This document shows positions 38,699 through 53,600 of a stretch of DNA of 64,000 nt, in pieces. This stretch comes from a virus (Duplodnaviria; Caudoviricetes), in the IMG/VR virus record IMGVR_UViG_3300042396_000691, positions 45,716 through 109,715 of that record; one strand, 5' to 3'. The notes under the pieces are model-generated. The model was not told where the DNA came from. It saw only the letters and a list, made by a program, of their open reading frames with translations, and did no database searches. A program made the translations under genes and the position numbers. Position 1 is the first letter of the stretch. Every line of letters begins with the position of its first letter.

Positions 38699-41600
38699 TC
38701 AAAGTTCATTTCTTTTAAATCCAGTAATAGCATTTTGTATTTGTGCTGCAATATTCAATGTTATTCCAGATAATGATTGCTGTATTGCTTGTAGTACACT
38801 TGGGGTATTAAAGCTTATATTCAACAATAATGGTGACATAGCTAAATTTATTGTGCTTGGTATACGATCTAATGCAGAGGTTAAATCATTTACTGCCATT
38901 TCAAAATTACGACTACTAGAAGTCATGGCCGATGCAGCAGTATTCATAATTGATACCGCTTGATTAAAAGTTGAACTTGCAGAATTAAATGATCCAGAAA
39001 CAACTTGTAAAGTTTGATTTAGTGTTCCTGCACCAACAGCCACAGATTCTCCCGCAACTCGTAAATTATTTCCTGCATTATTTAATTCGCTAGAATCAAA
39101 GGTTGAAATTGCTCCACGACCTTTACCACTTCCACCATCATAGTAGCCAACTTTTCCACCCTTGGCATAATTATTAACTCTATCTAAAAATGCAGTTCCA
39201 ACTCTATCTACTGCTGGCTTACTTACAACAAACTCTCCTGGTGTTAACATAGCTGGTTGAGTATCGGTGCTTGAACCACCATTGGCCATAAATCGGAATG
39301 GCCGAACAGGACCAGAACTAAAGACTGGGTTTCCTTGTACTCTATTTGCTAAACTAAAATAGCGGTTAGGGGCTGGTCTTGGTGGAGTAATTTTTTGAAA
39401 CGGTGCATCGTAATGCGACATTCTTGCATTTTTAATAGTGTCTAAAGCTTGAGTTGCTGCGACATCTGTATTGTTTACTGATAAACTTCCTAGACCATCT
39501 TTTTGCAAGGAAGATATTGCCTGTTGAGCTATGCCCACATTACTTCCAGGCATACTAGCAAGGCTGCTTCCAGCCAAAGCTTTATTAGCACTAACGCCTT
39601 GGAATGATTGATTTCCAGCTTTGCTAAAGCCAAGTTCATTTATATAGTCTTTAAGACTAACCTTATCATAATTTTGACCATTATCACCATGATTTGGTGG
39701 ACCACCAATTAATCCAGATATATAACGACTTCCAACAGCCGATGTTCTATATCCAGTTATTGGTGCTCTAGAAATTTCTTTATTGTTTAAGATGTCATTA
39801 AAAACTGAATCTTCCATTGCAAATTTTGAAGCACCAGCCAATTTTGCTGAACCGTATCTGGAATCAGATACTGCATTTAATCCACCAACATAATTGGGGA
39901 TTGGACCACCACTAAAAGAAATATTACCAGATCCAACTCCACCAAATTCTTTTGAATGTTTTTCAAGAATTTCAGTGCCATAATTGAAACTGTAATATTT
40001 AAATAAATCTGGTCTATTTAAATTTCCTGACCTATCTGCCCTATAGTTAGCTAAATTTCCAAGAGTATTTGCAGTGACTCTAGGGTTATAGACTCTGGAA
40101 GCTAAATAGCCCTGTGTTCCTATGTCAAAATCTGTCCTTCTTTTTTCATATCTAGTAGGTCTATACCGTTTACCACTAGCCATGTCATAAAGACCAGTTC
40201 CTTGATCAGCCATTCTATCCATTTCATTGTTATATCTTGGTCCAGAGCTTATATATCCCCTGCCTGGAGATTGTCCAGAATACCTAGCGTACATTGGGTT
40301 TATAGCTGTAAGATTACCACCACGATTTAAATACTTTACCGCCCCACCACTGTTAAGATTTTGCAAGAGAGGGAGATTAGCAGCAGTTGCCCTAGCATTA
40401 ACTACATACTCACCGGGAGATAGTATTGCTGGTACAGTATCAGTACCCTTTGCGACAAAGAAGGATGGGTCAGGGTTTGGAGCACTGCTTGGAACAATAC
40501 CGCCAGAGGCCATAGCAAGAGGTTTTTCAAAATTGTCTTCTTTAGCACCAATCCAATTATATTTTATACCTTTGTTTTTTTCAAAATAGTCATATATGTC
40601 TTTTGAAACGACTTCTTTTTCATCTGGAATGCTCAAATCTTTTTTTAGTTTATTCGAGTCATATTTAAAGAAATTTTCTTTAGTTTCTACATTTCCATCA
40701 TTAGAACTGTATTGTAATGCATCAAATCCTGTGTTAAATAAATTGTTGTTAAAAAATGGAACTATTGCAGTAAGTTTTTTACCAAAGTCTTTGCTAAATT
40801 GTTCTAATATTAAAGCATTTTCTTTTTGCCTTTTTTCAATTTCAATATTTTGATATTGTGGCCATAGTCCAGCATAGTTTTTTTCTGTTAATCCATTGTT
40901 TTGATCATTGTAATAAATTTTATCATTTATGTTTTTTATTAAACTAATATAATCTAACAAATTATCTTTTGTTGTTTCTTCTTTGTAAACACCACCAAAT
41001 AATTCTTGTTCAAGAATGTTTTTTAAATTTATTCTTTTTTCTTTATCCGCATCTATCATTTGTGGCTTATCTACCAAAGGATCTCCATATGACATATATG
41101 GTTCCATTAATGAAGAAACTTTTGCACTTTGTTCATTTACATAATCATCAGATCTTATTTTTTCGATTGGTGGTGCATCAAGTCTTAATTTTTTACCTGT
41201 GTCTTTTATTTTTTGATCTTCTCCAGCTTTAAGTCTTTCAGCAATTTCAATTTTACTATACAGTTCTTGTGATCTAATAGACTCTATGTCAAAAACTTCA
41301 TATTTTCTGTTCAAATCTTTTATTGGATAACCTTTATCATTTGATGGCTTAACACCAAGTGATTTTGCTATTTCCACTATTTTTTGTTCATTTTGATCGT
41401 CAAACAATATTTTTGGTTCAAGCTCTGAAATATTTGATAGGTTTTTATCTTGTTTAAACAATCTTCCAAATATTGCACTTTTATCATAATCGTTTATTTT
41501 TCCAGAATCGCCTTTTCCAAGTTTTTTCAAAATGGAATCTATGGAATCCGAGGCTTTACCATCTGGATTATATTTTTCTCTGATTTTATTAAGTTGTCCT

Positions 41601-44600
41601 TCGCTTGCACCACTTTTTTGCAAAGGGCTTATTTCTGAGATAAACGATTCTGGTATTCCTCGTTCACCTTTGTTTTTTAACTTTTCAAAAAGTATTGCAT
41701 CTTCTATTGAAGTATAGGGATTTTCATTAAGATATCTTTGATTTGTTAAATCTTTAAATCTACTATCTGTTACCATTCCATAAGATTCAAGTTCATCAGC
41801 GTACTTATTGAGATATAAAGAAGGATTGTTATTTAATTCTTTTGTGTATGATTCATTATCTGCATCATCAAAAAAAGCAGCGTGATCAGTACCCATGCCC
41901 CTAGCATCAAATCTTGGTTGTAAATATTTTCTTAAATATTTTGCTTCTTCTCTTTTTCCCTTTTTTAAATTTTTAGCATATGCATTTGAAAGTGTTTTAT
42001 ACTGTGCAATTATAAGTCCAATTCCAGCACCAACTAATGTGGCACCTGGAATAGGAATAGCAGTTCCAGCAAGTGCTCCAGCAGCTATTGCTCCACCAGT
42101 AGAAACTAATTCTCCAGTGCCTGTTGTATCAGCATTGCCTCCACCAAAGATTGATTCTGAATCTTGATATTTTTTCTTGTCGTATAAATTTGCAATTTCT
42201 GGAAAAGCTTGCCCATAAGTTTCAACAGCCTTTTGAAGCCTCACAGGATTTATATCAGATGTAAGAGAAGTTCCTATTGCCTCTAAATCACTAACTGTTT
42301 GAGGTAAAAATGCTAACCCCAAAGGTCCAGCAAATGGGGCAACTCTTGGTATTCTTGTAAATAATTCAAACAAAGGAATAATTGCTGCTGATGTTGCTGC
42401 TTCTTGACCCAATTTTTTCTTAATTTCACTTGGATCAACACCATACATAGAATCAACAATTGCTGTTCTAGCAAGTGGTAATGCCATTTGTGCATAAGCC
42501 CCATACTTTGCTATTGTTTTTCCACCATCTGCCATTTTAAATTTTGGAGAATTAGTAATTATTTTGTTGGCATTACCTCCAGCCCTAACTACTTGCCTAT
42601 TTACTTCTACAGAAACTCCTTTATTTTTTTCCCTTACTTTCTCTACAGCCCCCATTATTTGATTAATATCTCCACTTTTTGAAATGTCTTTATATTCATT
42701 TAGAACTTGAGTCATTTCACTTGAGGTGACACCTTTGCTTGCTAATATTTCTCTAATTGTCTGTTGTTTAGGTTGTGCAACTGGTTTTGGTAATTCAGCT
42801 ACAATTGGTTGCGGTTTTGGTGGCAATTTTGTTTCTGGTAGTACTTCACTTGGTTGAGTGCCAGTTCTTCCATCTGTTCCTTTTCCTGCATCATTTAAAT
42901 TTGGTTTATTGCCTGTTGTTACATCAACTTTTGGTGGCAATTTTACTTCTGGTGGTAATTCAACTTTTGGTATAGGCTTAACCGTTGGCTTAACTTCTGG
43001 TGGAACCACTGGCCCAACGAATGGTTCTGGTGGTAATGGCCCAACGAATGGTGCTGGTGCTGGTGGTCCAAAGATAGGTTGTCTGACTAATGGTAAAGGT
43101 CTTCTTCCATCAGCATTCAACCGCATTCTTGGACCGCCCCTTTGAGCTTCTATTACATTTCTTCTATCTTGTAGTATTTGCTGTTGTCTTAAAGCTTGAG
43201 CTTCTTGTGCTCTTATTTGACCTGCTCTTAATTCAGCAGCAGAATTATTTCTATCATTTCTAAGTCTTTCTCCAAGAATTCCTATAACACCCCTTGTTTG
43301 TCTTTCTCTTATTTCTCTTGGATCTAATAAACCAATAATTCCAAAATCTGTTCTGAAATTTTTAGGTTTTTCAAAACTAAAGACAGTATTTTTTATAGGA
43401 TTTTGAAGTGCCTCAAAATGAGTTGTTCCAGATTTATTTTTAAGTATTTTTTCATTTAAAAAATTAGATTCACTTTTCATTAAATCTTTAATGTTATTTT
43501 TTGAATCAATTTTTACATTTACATCAGATGGTGTTGTTTTTTTAACTTCTGAAGTAACTGGCTTTGCCATATCTCCTGTTTTATAATCAGCTATCTGATT
43601 TTCAAACTTATTTTGTTCAATAGCATTCTTAATAAAAGCTTCTTTTCCCTTTTGACTTAAATCTTGATATTTTGATAAATCATCCATGTTTAAATTTTTA
43701 ATAATTCGACTGGCTTTTTCAGTTTCCAAAAATTTTTGTGGTGTTTCTATATTTTTACTATTTAAAAATTCAACCCTTTCGGATTGTGACATTGTTTTAA
43801 ATTTTTCTATTTCTTGTTGAGTTAACTTTGCATTTTTTATTTGTTCGCTTAAAGTAGTAGCAACAGGTTTAACAGGTTCAACAGGAGCTTCACCCTCTGG
43901 ATAAACATCAACTGGTTTTTGAAAGAATTTTATTGTTTTATTGATTGCTGCTTTAGCAAGAAAATATCCAGGAACACCGATTCCAGTAGCAAGAATACCA
44001 GCTTTTATAAAATCTTCTGTGTTAAATTCTCTGTCTAAATCAATTACTTTATTTAAATCTGTTATATTTGTTAAAGGTTTATCTGCTGTGCCAGTATAAA
44101 CTTTTTTTGGATCTGCCCCTTTTAATTCATTTGTAAATGCAAATACTGCACCAGCAGTAAGTCCTGTTTTTAAAAGTAAAGATCTTAAAGATTCTTTTGG
44201 TGCAAACGATATATTTTTTGATGGAATCTTACTTGATGAAACTTTTTTTGAAGAATTAATATCAGGTGCATCTATAATCTTCTTAGGTTTTGACAAATCA
44301 ACTATTGGATTTTCTATTTTAGGAGGAAATAATGTATGAATACTTGCTTCGTTGTTTGGGCCACTTATATTTAATCCTTTAATTTTTTCAGCAGCAATAT
44401 CTGGTGAATATGCTCTTTTTATAGCTTCTTTAACAAGTTCTACTTCAATGCCTCTATTGCCAAATTTTCCCCCTAAAATTCCATCTAGTGCAATTGGTTT
44501 TCCTGCTTTAATGTCTTTTGCAATACTTTGATGAAAACCACTATTGTAAATATCTGCCATAGATTCATCGCTAGCATGATCAAGCATACTTAGTAATGCC

Positions 44601-47600
44601 GTTAATCCACGACTTTTGCCTGATTTTAACTTACGACTTTCATTAGCATTTGCTTGTAATTCAGACAGAAAAGTAGGTATTCCACCCTGCTTCCAAGGAG
44701 AACTGGCACTACCCCTTTTGCCATATTCCTCCATATTTATAGCACCATACAATGAATTATGCATAGGTGACATTTTATCTTGAGCAAAATCTTGAATCGA
44801 ATGAGTTAATTCATGACCCATTATTCCTTTTTGTTCTACTGGCTTTTCACTTATAGAATAATGAGCAGGATTACTTTTATACATGCTACTTCCTGTGTAG
44901 CTTCTGTCATAAACGGTTGAAACTTTAGGTTGGCCTGGTCCAGAATTATCACCTCCACGACCTAAAATATATTTTTGATTACTTACTTTTTCTAAAAATA
45001 CATCCATAGAATTTTTTATTCTTCTATTACTTGGTTGATCAAATAATTTATCTCCTATTTCCCTACTTTCTTCAAGATACTTAGTGGTAAATATATCCTC
45101 TGGTTTTTTCCAACCCAAACCTTGTATTGGGCCTCTTTCTTCTCTCAATCTTGCCAATTCTAATTTATGTAAATCGTAAAGTTCATGCATTCTCTTTTCT
45201 TGTTCTAAATATCTTTTAAACTGATCTATTTTTCTCCTTGGATTAATAGATTTAGAATTAGGATCAATTAAATACTTCTCTGCTTGAATCATAAATTCTG
45301 GATCATGAAGCACCCCAAGAGGCGACTTGGGTATTTCTTGAGCTTTGGGTTCAGCAATATAGGCACTTGTGCCTTGCTTGCCATATCCAGAAGTCATTTG
45401 TTTAAACATTCTGGAGAATATGTTTTCTCTTGGTTTTTTTTCTCTTGGTTTTAAATAAGAAAGATCCTTATTAAGCTTTAACCTACCAGTACCTTTAAGA
45501 GCTTTCCGAACTTCAAGAAAACCTGGTTCAAATGTTCTTTGTACAATTTTAGCAACTTCGGCATCTTCTACTGCAAGATTTTCTATAAGTTCTTTATTGT
45601 TAAACCATGAACTACCAGCATTAACTAATGGTGGAGGTATTCTTCGACTACTCAATTCTTGTTTAGATGGTTTTAAATATTTGGACATCGACATAGGACC
45701 ATCACTACTACCAATAGATGGTTCAACTGGTTTTTTACCACCAAAAAACTTATTTAAACCAAGATACCCTAAACCAGCAACAGTAGTAACACCCAAACCA
45801 ACAGCACCAATTTTTAAAAAGTCTTCAATGTTGAATTCTCTGTCTTTCTTTACAACATTTTTTAAATCATTTGGGTTTATAAAACTTTGATCTTTTGTGC
45901 CACTTAAAACTTTTTTCGTTTCTCCTGCCATTGACATATTTGGGAATGCTAATGATCCAGCAGCAACTAATGCTGCACCTATAGCTTTTTTACCAGCACC
46001 AACAAATGGTGAGATAGTTTTTGGATTTAATGCACCTTTTGAAAAAACAAGTTCATACTGTCCATTACCAATATGTTTATAAGCTCTAAAATTCTCATTT
46101 AAAGAAGCTTGAGGTTTTCCATCTATCGTAGGAAAATAAGTTGAGCCTTTCCCATGTCTTCCAGAATTTGATGGCTTTATAGAAGCATCATCGCTGACAA
46201 TAATCGTATGATTTTCATTTTGCCCTGCATAAGCCATGCTCGCTTGGCCCTTGCTAAATGATGGAAAAGCAGTTGGGCGAGCCTTCATTTTTTCAGCAAG
46301 AGTAGCATTTGAAGAAACCTTAGCATTAGCATTTGTTCTTACTGTGCCTAATTTAACATCACCTAAAGACTCTTCCCCATGAATTACACGGTAATATGCA
46401 TCTGAATTGTTGAAAAAATTACTATTTACTCGTTCTGGATATCCACCTTTGCTTAAATAACTAACCTTACCCCCACCATTCATATGATCTAAAAGACCCT
46501 TATTCTTTTTAGCCTTATCTGCACTAACAATAAATTCTCCAGATTGAACCATAGCTGGAGTTCTACCACCAGCTTGACCCCCCTTAGAAAAACCTATTGC
46601 CTTAATATTTTTGATACTTTTTAAGCCATAATTTCTTTCAAAATAACCAGCCCCAATAGTAGTAATTTCTGGTGGACTTCCAGCCATTAACAAATCTTCA
46701 AAATATGGTTTTAAATTTGCTCTTCTTTCGTAATATGATCTGGTGTTACCATCACGATCAACAGGATCAACTGCTTGTCTTCCATCTAAACCAACTGGGT
46801 TAGCATTAGCTCTTAAATAATCTTCTGTAGCATCTAATATTTGTTGGTAAGGAACTTGTTTTATAGCCAATGGCATCCCATAAACTACACCAGCTTTAGT
46901 CATTTGAAGAAGATTGTTTCTTGCTTCTACGCCAAGATTTTCTATATTTAAACCAGTTTCTTTAATGTCTGTTATTTTAGACCAAGGGGCAATATTTTGT
47001 TTTGAAACTATTGCACTAATTGGCAAAGATCCATCTTTATAAGGGATATTTGTAAGATCAGCACTTCCTCTTAATATTCTTAAAGAGTTATTTAAGGCGT
47101 TTCTTCTCCAAGAACCTCTAAGATTTCCAAACTTTGTTAAAACTGCGATATCAACATTTTGTTTTCTTTGCATTTTTGCAATTTTTTGTGCTTCTAAACG
47201 ATTAACATTTAGTGGAGCAAAAAGATCGCCAAAACCACCTTCTGCTAAATAATTAACAGGACCGCCAGCATTCATTGCTTTTGTAGGCTTAACTGTTCCA
47301 CCGCCATTCAAAGCTTGTAGCAAAGGAAGATTTTCAGATGTTGCTTTTGCGTTAACCACATATTCGCCATGATTTAACATGGCTGGTATTGTATCTGGAC
47401 CTATCGGTTTAAATACAGTTGGATCTGCACCAACCATTGCAGAAGAATGGGTCACCATACCACCAGTGTTAAACGCTCTTGGTCTTGGGGTAAGCGGATT
47501 AACTGGAGCGACTTGATTTACTGGAATATTTAAAAGGTTTAACTGAGCATTTAAATTTTGTATGCTATTTGCTGCAATAGTTGATTGTGTTTGAAGTTGT

Positions 47601-50600
47601 TCGATTTGTTGAAAAAACTGTCCACCAATAAGACCGCCAAGTCTTTGTATATCATCTATTGCTTTTGAAAAAGCCGATGAACTAACATTTTGTTGAAGTA
47701 AATTTAAAACAAAACTTCCTAAGTTTGCCTTATCTCCTTGAGCATTTGGATCATTTGTAAAATAAGTATTATTATTTGCATCAAGCTGTCTACTTAAACC
47801 TAATTTATTAGCTAACTCACCAGATTGTGTTTGAACCTCTTTGTTTTGTATAGTTTGAAACTGATCACCAGCATATAACCTTATAATAGATGCAAGATCT
47901 TTTTGATTAATCACTCCACTAGTTTTAGCACTTCTTTCTTGGACTTGTCCAATAATGGCATTAATATCTAAGCCTTGAAGATTTTTATTTGCAGCAAGAT
48001 TATTTAATAATTTACTAACATCTAAAACATTGTTTTGACCCAAAGAATTTGCTGCTATAACATCAGCCTGATTGGTATCTCTAAATTCTTCAGCCTTTTT
48101 TTGACTAGACCGTTGTTTTTCAACAGAAGCTAAAAACACAGAAATGTCTTTGCTATTTGGTGCTACATATTTAGTGTAACTTTCTTGAGTTACCATATTG
48201 CCGATAACACTAGCAGATGGGGCTACTGCTTGTAATTCTTTTATTCTTGCATCGTTAGCCCTAAGTGATTGTTCTTGCCCACCTATTTGTGTTCTTGTAA
48301 GTTCTGCGGACAACCTTGTAAAAAATTGTTCATTTTGTTTTGATAGTTCTGCAAAAAATTGACCTTGTAAAGTTTGTTGATCTTTTATTATTAATGACTG
48401 TGCTTGTTCTCTTACTGCCATAGCAGCAAAAAGTTGTGCGTTTAGCTGAAGTAATTGTGGACCATATTTATCTTGAACTTTTGTTTCTGGCTTAGATACA
48501 AAACCGCTTGCTTGTAAAAATTCAGACTTTAATTTTTTGCCTTCTTCTCCAGAAAAATCTAAGTATTCAAAAATTGCTTTTCTTTGTTCAACATTAAACC
48601 TTAAAAGGTTTCCACCAAGTTCTTTAGCAATACTAGTCAATTGACTACCAGCTTGAAGTCTTTGTAATTGTTCTGGCGATGATGTTAATAATTTTTCGCC
48701 CCTATTTTCTGTTTCAGATTGTTTTCTTGCATTGTCTTGTTCTTCGTTTGCTATTTCTTGTCTTATTTTTCCAACTCTTTGTTCAATTGCAGATACTTCT
48801 TCGGTTGAATCAGCAAGATTTTTCATTGCTTGATTAAGAAGTGAAGCTTCTACCTTTAATCTTCCCAACTCATTTGTCGCATCAGTATCTTGACCCCTTC
48901 CATTAGCCCCCGCTGTAAATCTAGCGTTTTTTCTTTTGGCTTCTGCTGCTTCTGTGTTAATTCTATTCTGATTGATTCTATCTTGTATTTGTTGAGGGTC
49001 TAATTGATCGCCATTATTAAGACCAGTAAGCCTAGCCTGTTGTTCTGCAAATGCTTGTGTCTGGTCAAATATGTTGGTCATATCAAGACCTATCTGACCC
49101 TCTTTTATCTCACCAAATCTTGCACCTAATGGATTTGCCGTTTTTTGTTTTTTTATTTCGTTTTCAATATCGATATTTGTTTTAAAATTTCTTGTTTGTT
49201 GTTGAATTTTTCCAAGTTTTTCGTATTCGTTTACAGTTTTTATTGTTTCTTGAGCTAATTTATTTATTCCAGATACATATGCATCTGATGCTTTTTCTAA
49301 ATCCTCTGCAATTTTTTGATAAGCTTTTAAGAATGGTTCTGAAACACCAGACATTATTTTTTTTGCAAATTCACCATAGTCACCACCAGATTCAGCAAGC
49401 ATCTTAGAGAAATCTTCGCCCATTTTTCCAACAATTGAATTAACATATGCTGTCGTATCTGATTTATTAAATCCTCTATTGTTTAACTCTTGTGTTAAAA
49501 CGCCTCTTAAAACAGATTGTGGATCTTTACCACCTTTAACATCATTTGGGTTTATGTTTGCAAGTATGTCTGGAAGTAGTGCAGATATATTTGCAACTAT
49601 GTTTCCAGATTTTTCAAAATTAGATCCGCTTGAACCAAGTCCGCTAGAAACATCTTTTAAGTTTTCCACAAACATATTAGGGTTTAAAAATGATGATTGA
49701 ACATCAGAAGATATTCTTTTCTTTTGACCTATAGAAAAATTTGAAGATAGTGCATCTGTTATTGTTTGAAACCTTGGACTTAAATTATTCAATGTTGAGG
49801 CAGCATTAGATGAAGCATTTGCCAAAAGTGAAAACGCTACATTAAGTTGTTCTGTACTTTTAACTGATAGTGTTTGATTTTTAATAGCAATCTGTTGTTT
49901 TTCAAAATCCCTTGCGAATGTTTCAAATTTCTTTTTTAATTTTTCTATTGGTTGATCTAAACCAATTGATAATTTTCCAATCTGTGCTGAATTAGAAGTG
50001 TCTTCAAAAAATTTACTTGGATCAAATTTTTGATCATCTCTTGGTTTAAAAGTTTTAGTTTTTTCATCAAAAGCTATACTTGATTTTATTTCTTCTTCAA
50101 TTTGTTTTGATAGAAGAGAATCTATTCCAGATGCTTGTCCTGCATATTGTGTTCTTCTTTCCGCTTTAGCACTCTTAGCCTCTTGCGTTCCCGAATTGGT
50201 TAATGAAAAACTTGTAACAGATGCTTTTGATTTTTCTGCAATTGCAGTATCGATTTTATCTTGTAAATCCGTTATTTCTTTTAATGTTGTAGCTGCTATT
50301 TTTTCAAATGATGTAGCTGCAACAGCAAATGCATTTTTTAATTGCGTTCCAGCTTGTTCTAATTTTATATCCGCAATTTGTTTTTCAGCATCTTTAAGAC
50401 CATTTACAAAACCAGTCAATCCACCAACAGCAGCACCAACAGCTATTCCCCACGGTCCTAAAAAGCTACCAACAGAAGCTCCAGCAGCAACACCAGTAAA
50501 AAGACCAGCACCCGCAGCATTGGCCTTATATTGAGCCTCACTTTTACTACTAACAGCTTCTTTTGCTTTAGCATCACTTAAATCAAATGATCCACCAATC

Positions 50601-53600
50601 ATGCCAAGGCCAGTACTAGCAGCAAAAATGTTGTTTTGCAAGTTCTCTCTAGAAAAAGTGGTTTTCGCAAAATCACTAACTTTTCTTCCTATTCCCTTTT
50701 TTCCTGTTTCCGAATAACCTTCTTTTTTTAATCGTTTAGCCAAATTTTCATCATAAAATTCACCCTTGGCTGTTGTTTGTACTTTTCTTCTTCCTGCTTC
50801 AACTTCACTAGCCATTTGTTGAGCTTGATCATTTGCAAATTTTTCATTAAACTCTAAACCTTTTGCTTCAGAAAAAGATTTTAATTGTTGAAAATATCCA
50901 GCTTTTGCCCTATCGTTAACATTGGTTGTAAGTGCTTTTCTAGTAGAACCAGTTGCTTCTTCCCCATAAAGTTTTTTATAATTAGAAAGTTCTTTTTCTA
51001 ATATTTTATTGTAACTATTTCCAAAAGTTGATGTTATTACCTGTCCATCTTTTGTAATATTTCCATCTGGATTTTCTTTGTATTTATTTTTTAATTTTTC
51101 AATTTCTCCCTGCACCCTTGCCCTAGATCTTTCATCTTGCCCTATTCTTTTCCTATTATCTGCCAACTCTGTATTTACTTTTCCCAAATCAGCAAGTGTA
51201 GCAGCATAAGCTTGTTCTGCTGCTACTCTAGTGGCTGTAGAAGCGGTAGTTGGTACACCAGCCCTAATATCTCTTTGTTCAGCCTTTTTTGCTTTTCTTA
51301 CATCTTTTTCTTGTTGAGACAAAGCCCCTGTTAATTTTTGTTTTTCTTCGTTTAAAAGTTTTTCGTATCTTAAACCTACTATTATTTCTCTTGTTACTTT
51401 TCGGTTTGCATCCAAAAGAGGTTTTACATCTTTGCTAGTTTGATTCATATCTTTTACAACATCTATTGCCTGTTGTCTATTTTGGCCTCTTTCAGTAGAA
51501 TTTGTTGGTATTCTAAATTGCTGTTCAAGCCTTTTTGCAATTTTTATTTCTTCTTTTGTTAAACCACCATAACCACCACTGGCAAATTTCTTTCTACCAG
51601 TCGTATTCATATAATCTAAGTTAGGAACACCAATCTGCTTTGTTTCATCTGGACTATAGATGTATTCCCCAGGCATAACTAATGATGGAATAACACCACC
51701 ACCAGCCCTTCCAAGTCGAGATAAGTTTGAAGCACCTATGCTGTTAACTGAAGATTTTTTAATTACATAAGAACCAATCGGCAAATCTAATGGAACACTG
51801 TCAGTGTTACCAACGCCTGGAACTAAACCGCCAAGAGCTAATTTTGGTGGTTTTGGTAATTTTGATGTTTTTAAAACACTATTTTGTTGTTCCGTTAGTT
51901 TTAGTTTTTGATTTTGAGTATTAGCAAGGCTTGGATCTCCTTGTGTATAATTTTTGTCTTTTACAAGTTGTTCATATTCACCTTCTTTAAACTTTGCAGT
52001 ATTGTAAACAACACCAATACTACCAAGATTTATAAGGTTGTCTTTTTCTATGCTATTACTAAGCTTTTTTTGGTTCCCAATTCGCATTTGATATCTAGCT
52101 AATTTGTCTACTAATTCAGCATCTGAAACTGCTTCTCCTACATTTTTTACCTCATATGGAATTTTTCCAATTAAATCAATAGGAAAACCAGGCTTTGTTC
52201 TTGAAGCACCCAATCGTTCTGCTGCAAATATTTCAAAGGAATTTCCTTGAGCACCAATGTTTTTTAATTTGGCCGATTTTTGATCTTCTAATGGAAAACT
52301 AATTATGTTGTATTTAATTGTATCATTTGGATTAATTAGATTTCCAGACCTATAATCGTCATCCTTTGGATTTTTTGATGAATCAAAGAGTTTTAAAAGC
52401 AATTCTTTTGATATGAATTGCTCGGCTTGAATAGAGCCACCACCGCTAAAACGACTTCTTGGAATAACCAATTCACCTGGTTCCAACAATGCAGGAACCT
52501 TATCACCCCTACCAACTCCTGGTACAATTCCACCCTTCGCCATTTTAATTATCCCACCAGAAGCTTTTTTTGCTCCAGTTGGCAAAAATGGAGAAAATGT
52601 ACTTGGTTGATTTGCTGGTGCAGGAGAAAAAGCCGTACTACCAAATCCCTTTGCAAAACCAGTCAAACTTTGAGCCGTTTTTACTGCTGCAATAGCAGTT
52701 ATAACTGGCAAAACCCCTTTTAAAGAATCGGCAAGTGCAATACCAGCAGAAGCAGCACCGAGAAGTAAATCTATAAGCGATTTAAAAGAAGATGTGTTCG
52801 TAAGATTTCTAATAAAATCTGAAAATTCTTCTTTAACCTTTTGTATTTTTACACCAAAAGCCTCTTGTGCTTGTGCAGCATTTAGAGCAAGAGAAGCACC
52901 ACCTATTTGGGCGACACCTAAAGCTTTCTGTGCGACACCAAATTCTTGAATAAGTGGTATAACCTTAGAGATCTGCCTATATCCACCAAGTTCTTCGACA
53001 ATGGCACTAAACCTTGGATCTGTAGATCTAAGCTCATTAAGAGCACCAGAAAGCCTTTTAACAGCCTCGTATGGCCCAACAAACTGATTTGCAAGACCTA
53101 AATCGCCAGCAGCTTTAGCTTCGTCTGCTGTATACCTTAGTTGTACGCCAATTTCTTTAAGTGCTTCAACAGTTTCGTTACGCTGTACCCTAGTAAATAT
53201 AGTTCTAAGTCCAGTTCCAATACTTTCTGCACTTTCTCTAGTTGTTTGCCTAATCGATGTGAATAATGCTAAAAATTCATTTAGGTCGCCACCAGCAGCT
53301 TTAAAAGCACCACCAGCTTTACGAACACCTTCAATTAAGTCTTCAGCCTCAACAGCAAATTCAGCAGCAACAGCATTAATTGCACCAAGGGCATTACCTA
53401 AGTCTTTTGCACTTATGCCAAACTGATTCATAACTGCAATAGCACCTTCGGTAGTGTCTCTAAGGTTATCAAAGCTTGGGGCTAATGCAGCTTGAGCCAA
53501 TGCTTCAAGTGCTGCTTTGGTGTCCGCTAAACTTAAGTTTGCTTGTTTTAATGTCACTGCCGTTGTAAGCAGTTCTTTGCTAGAAACACCATAATTCTTT

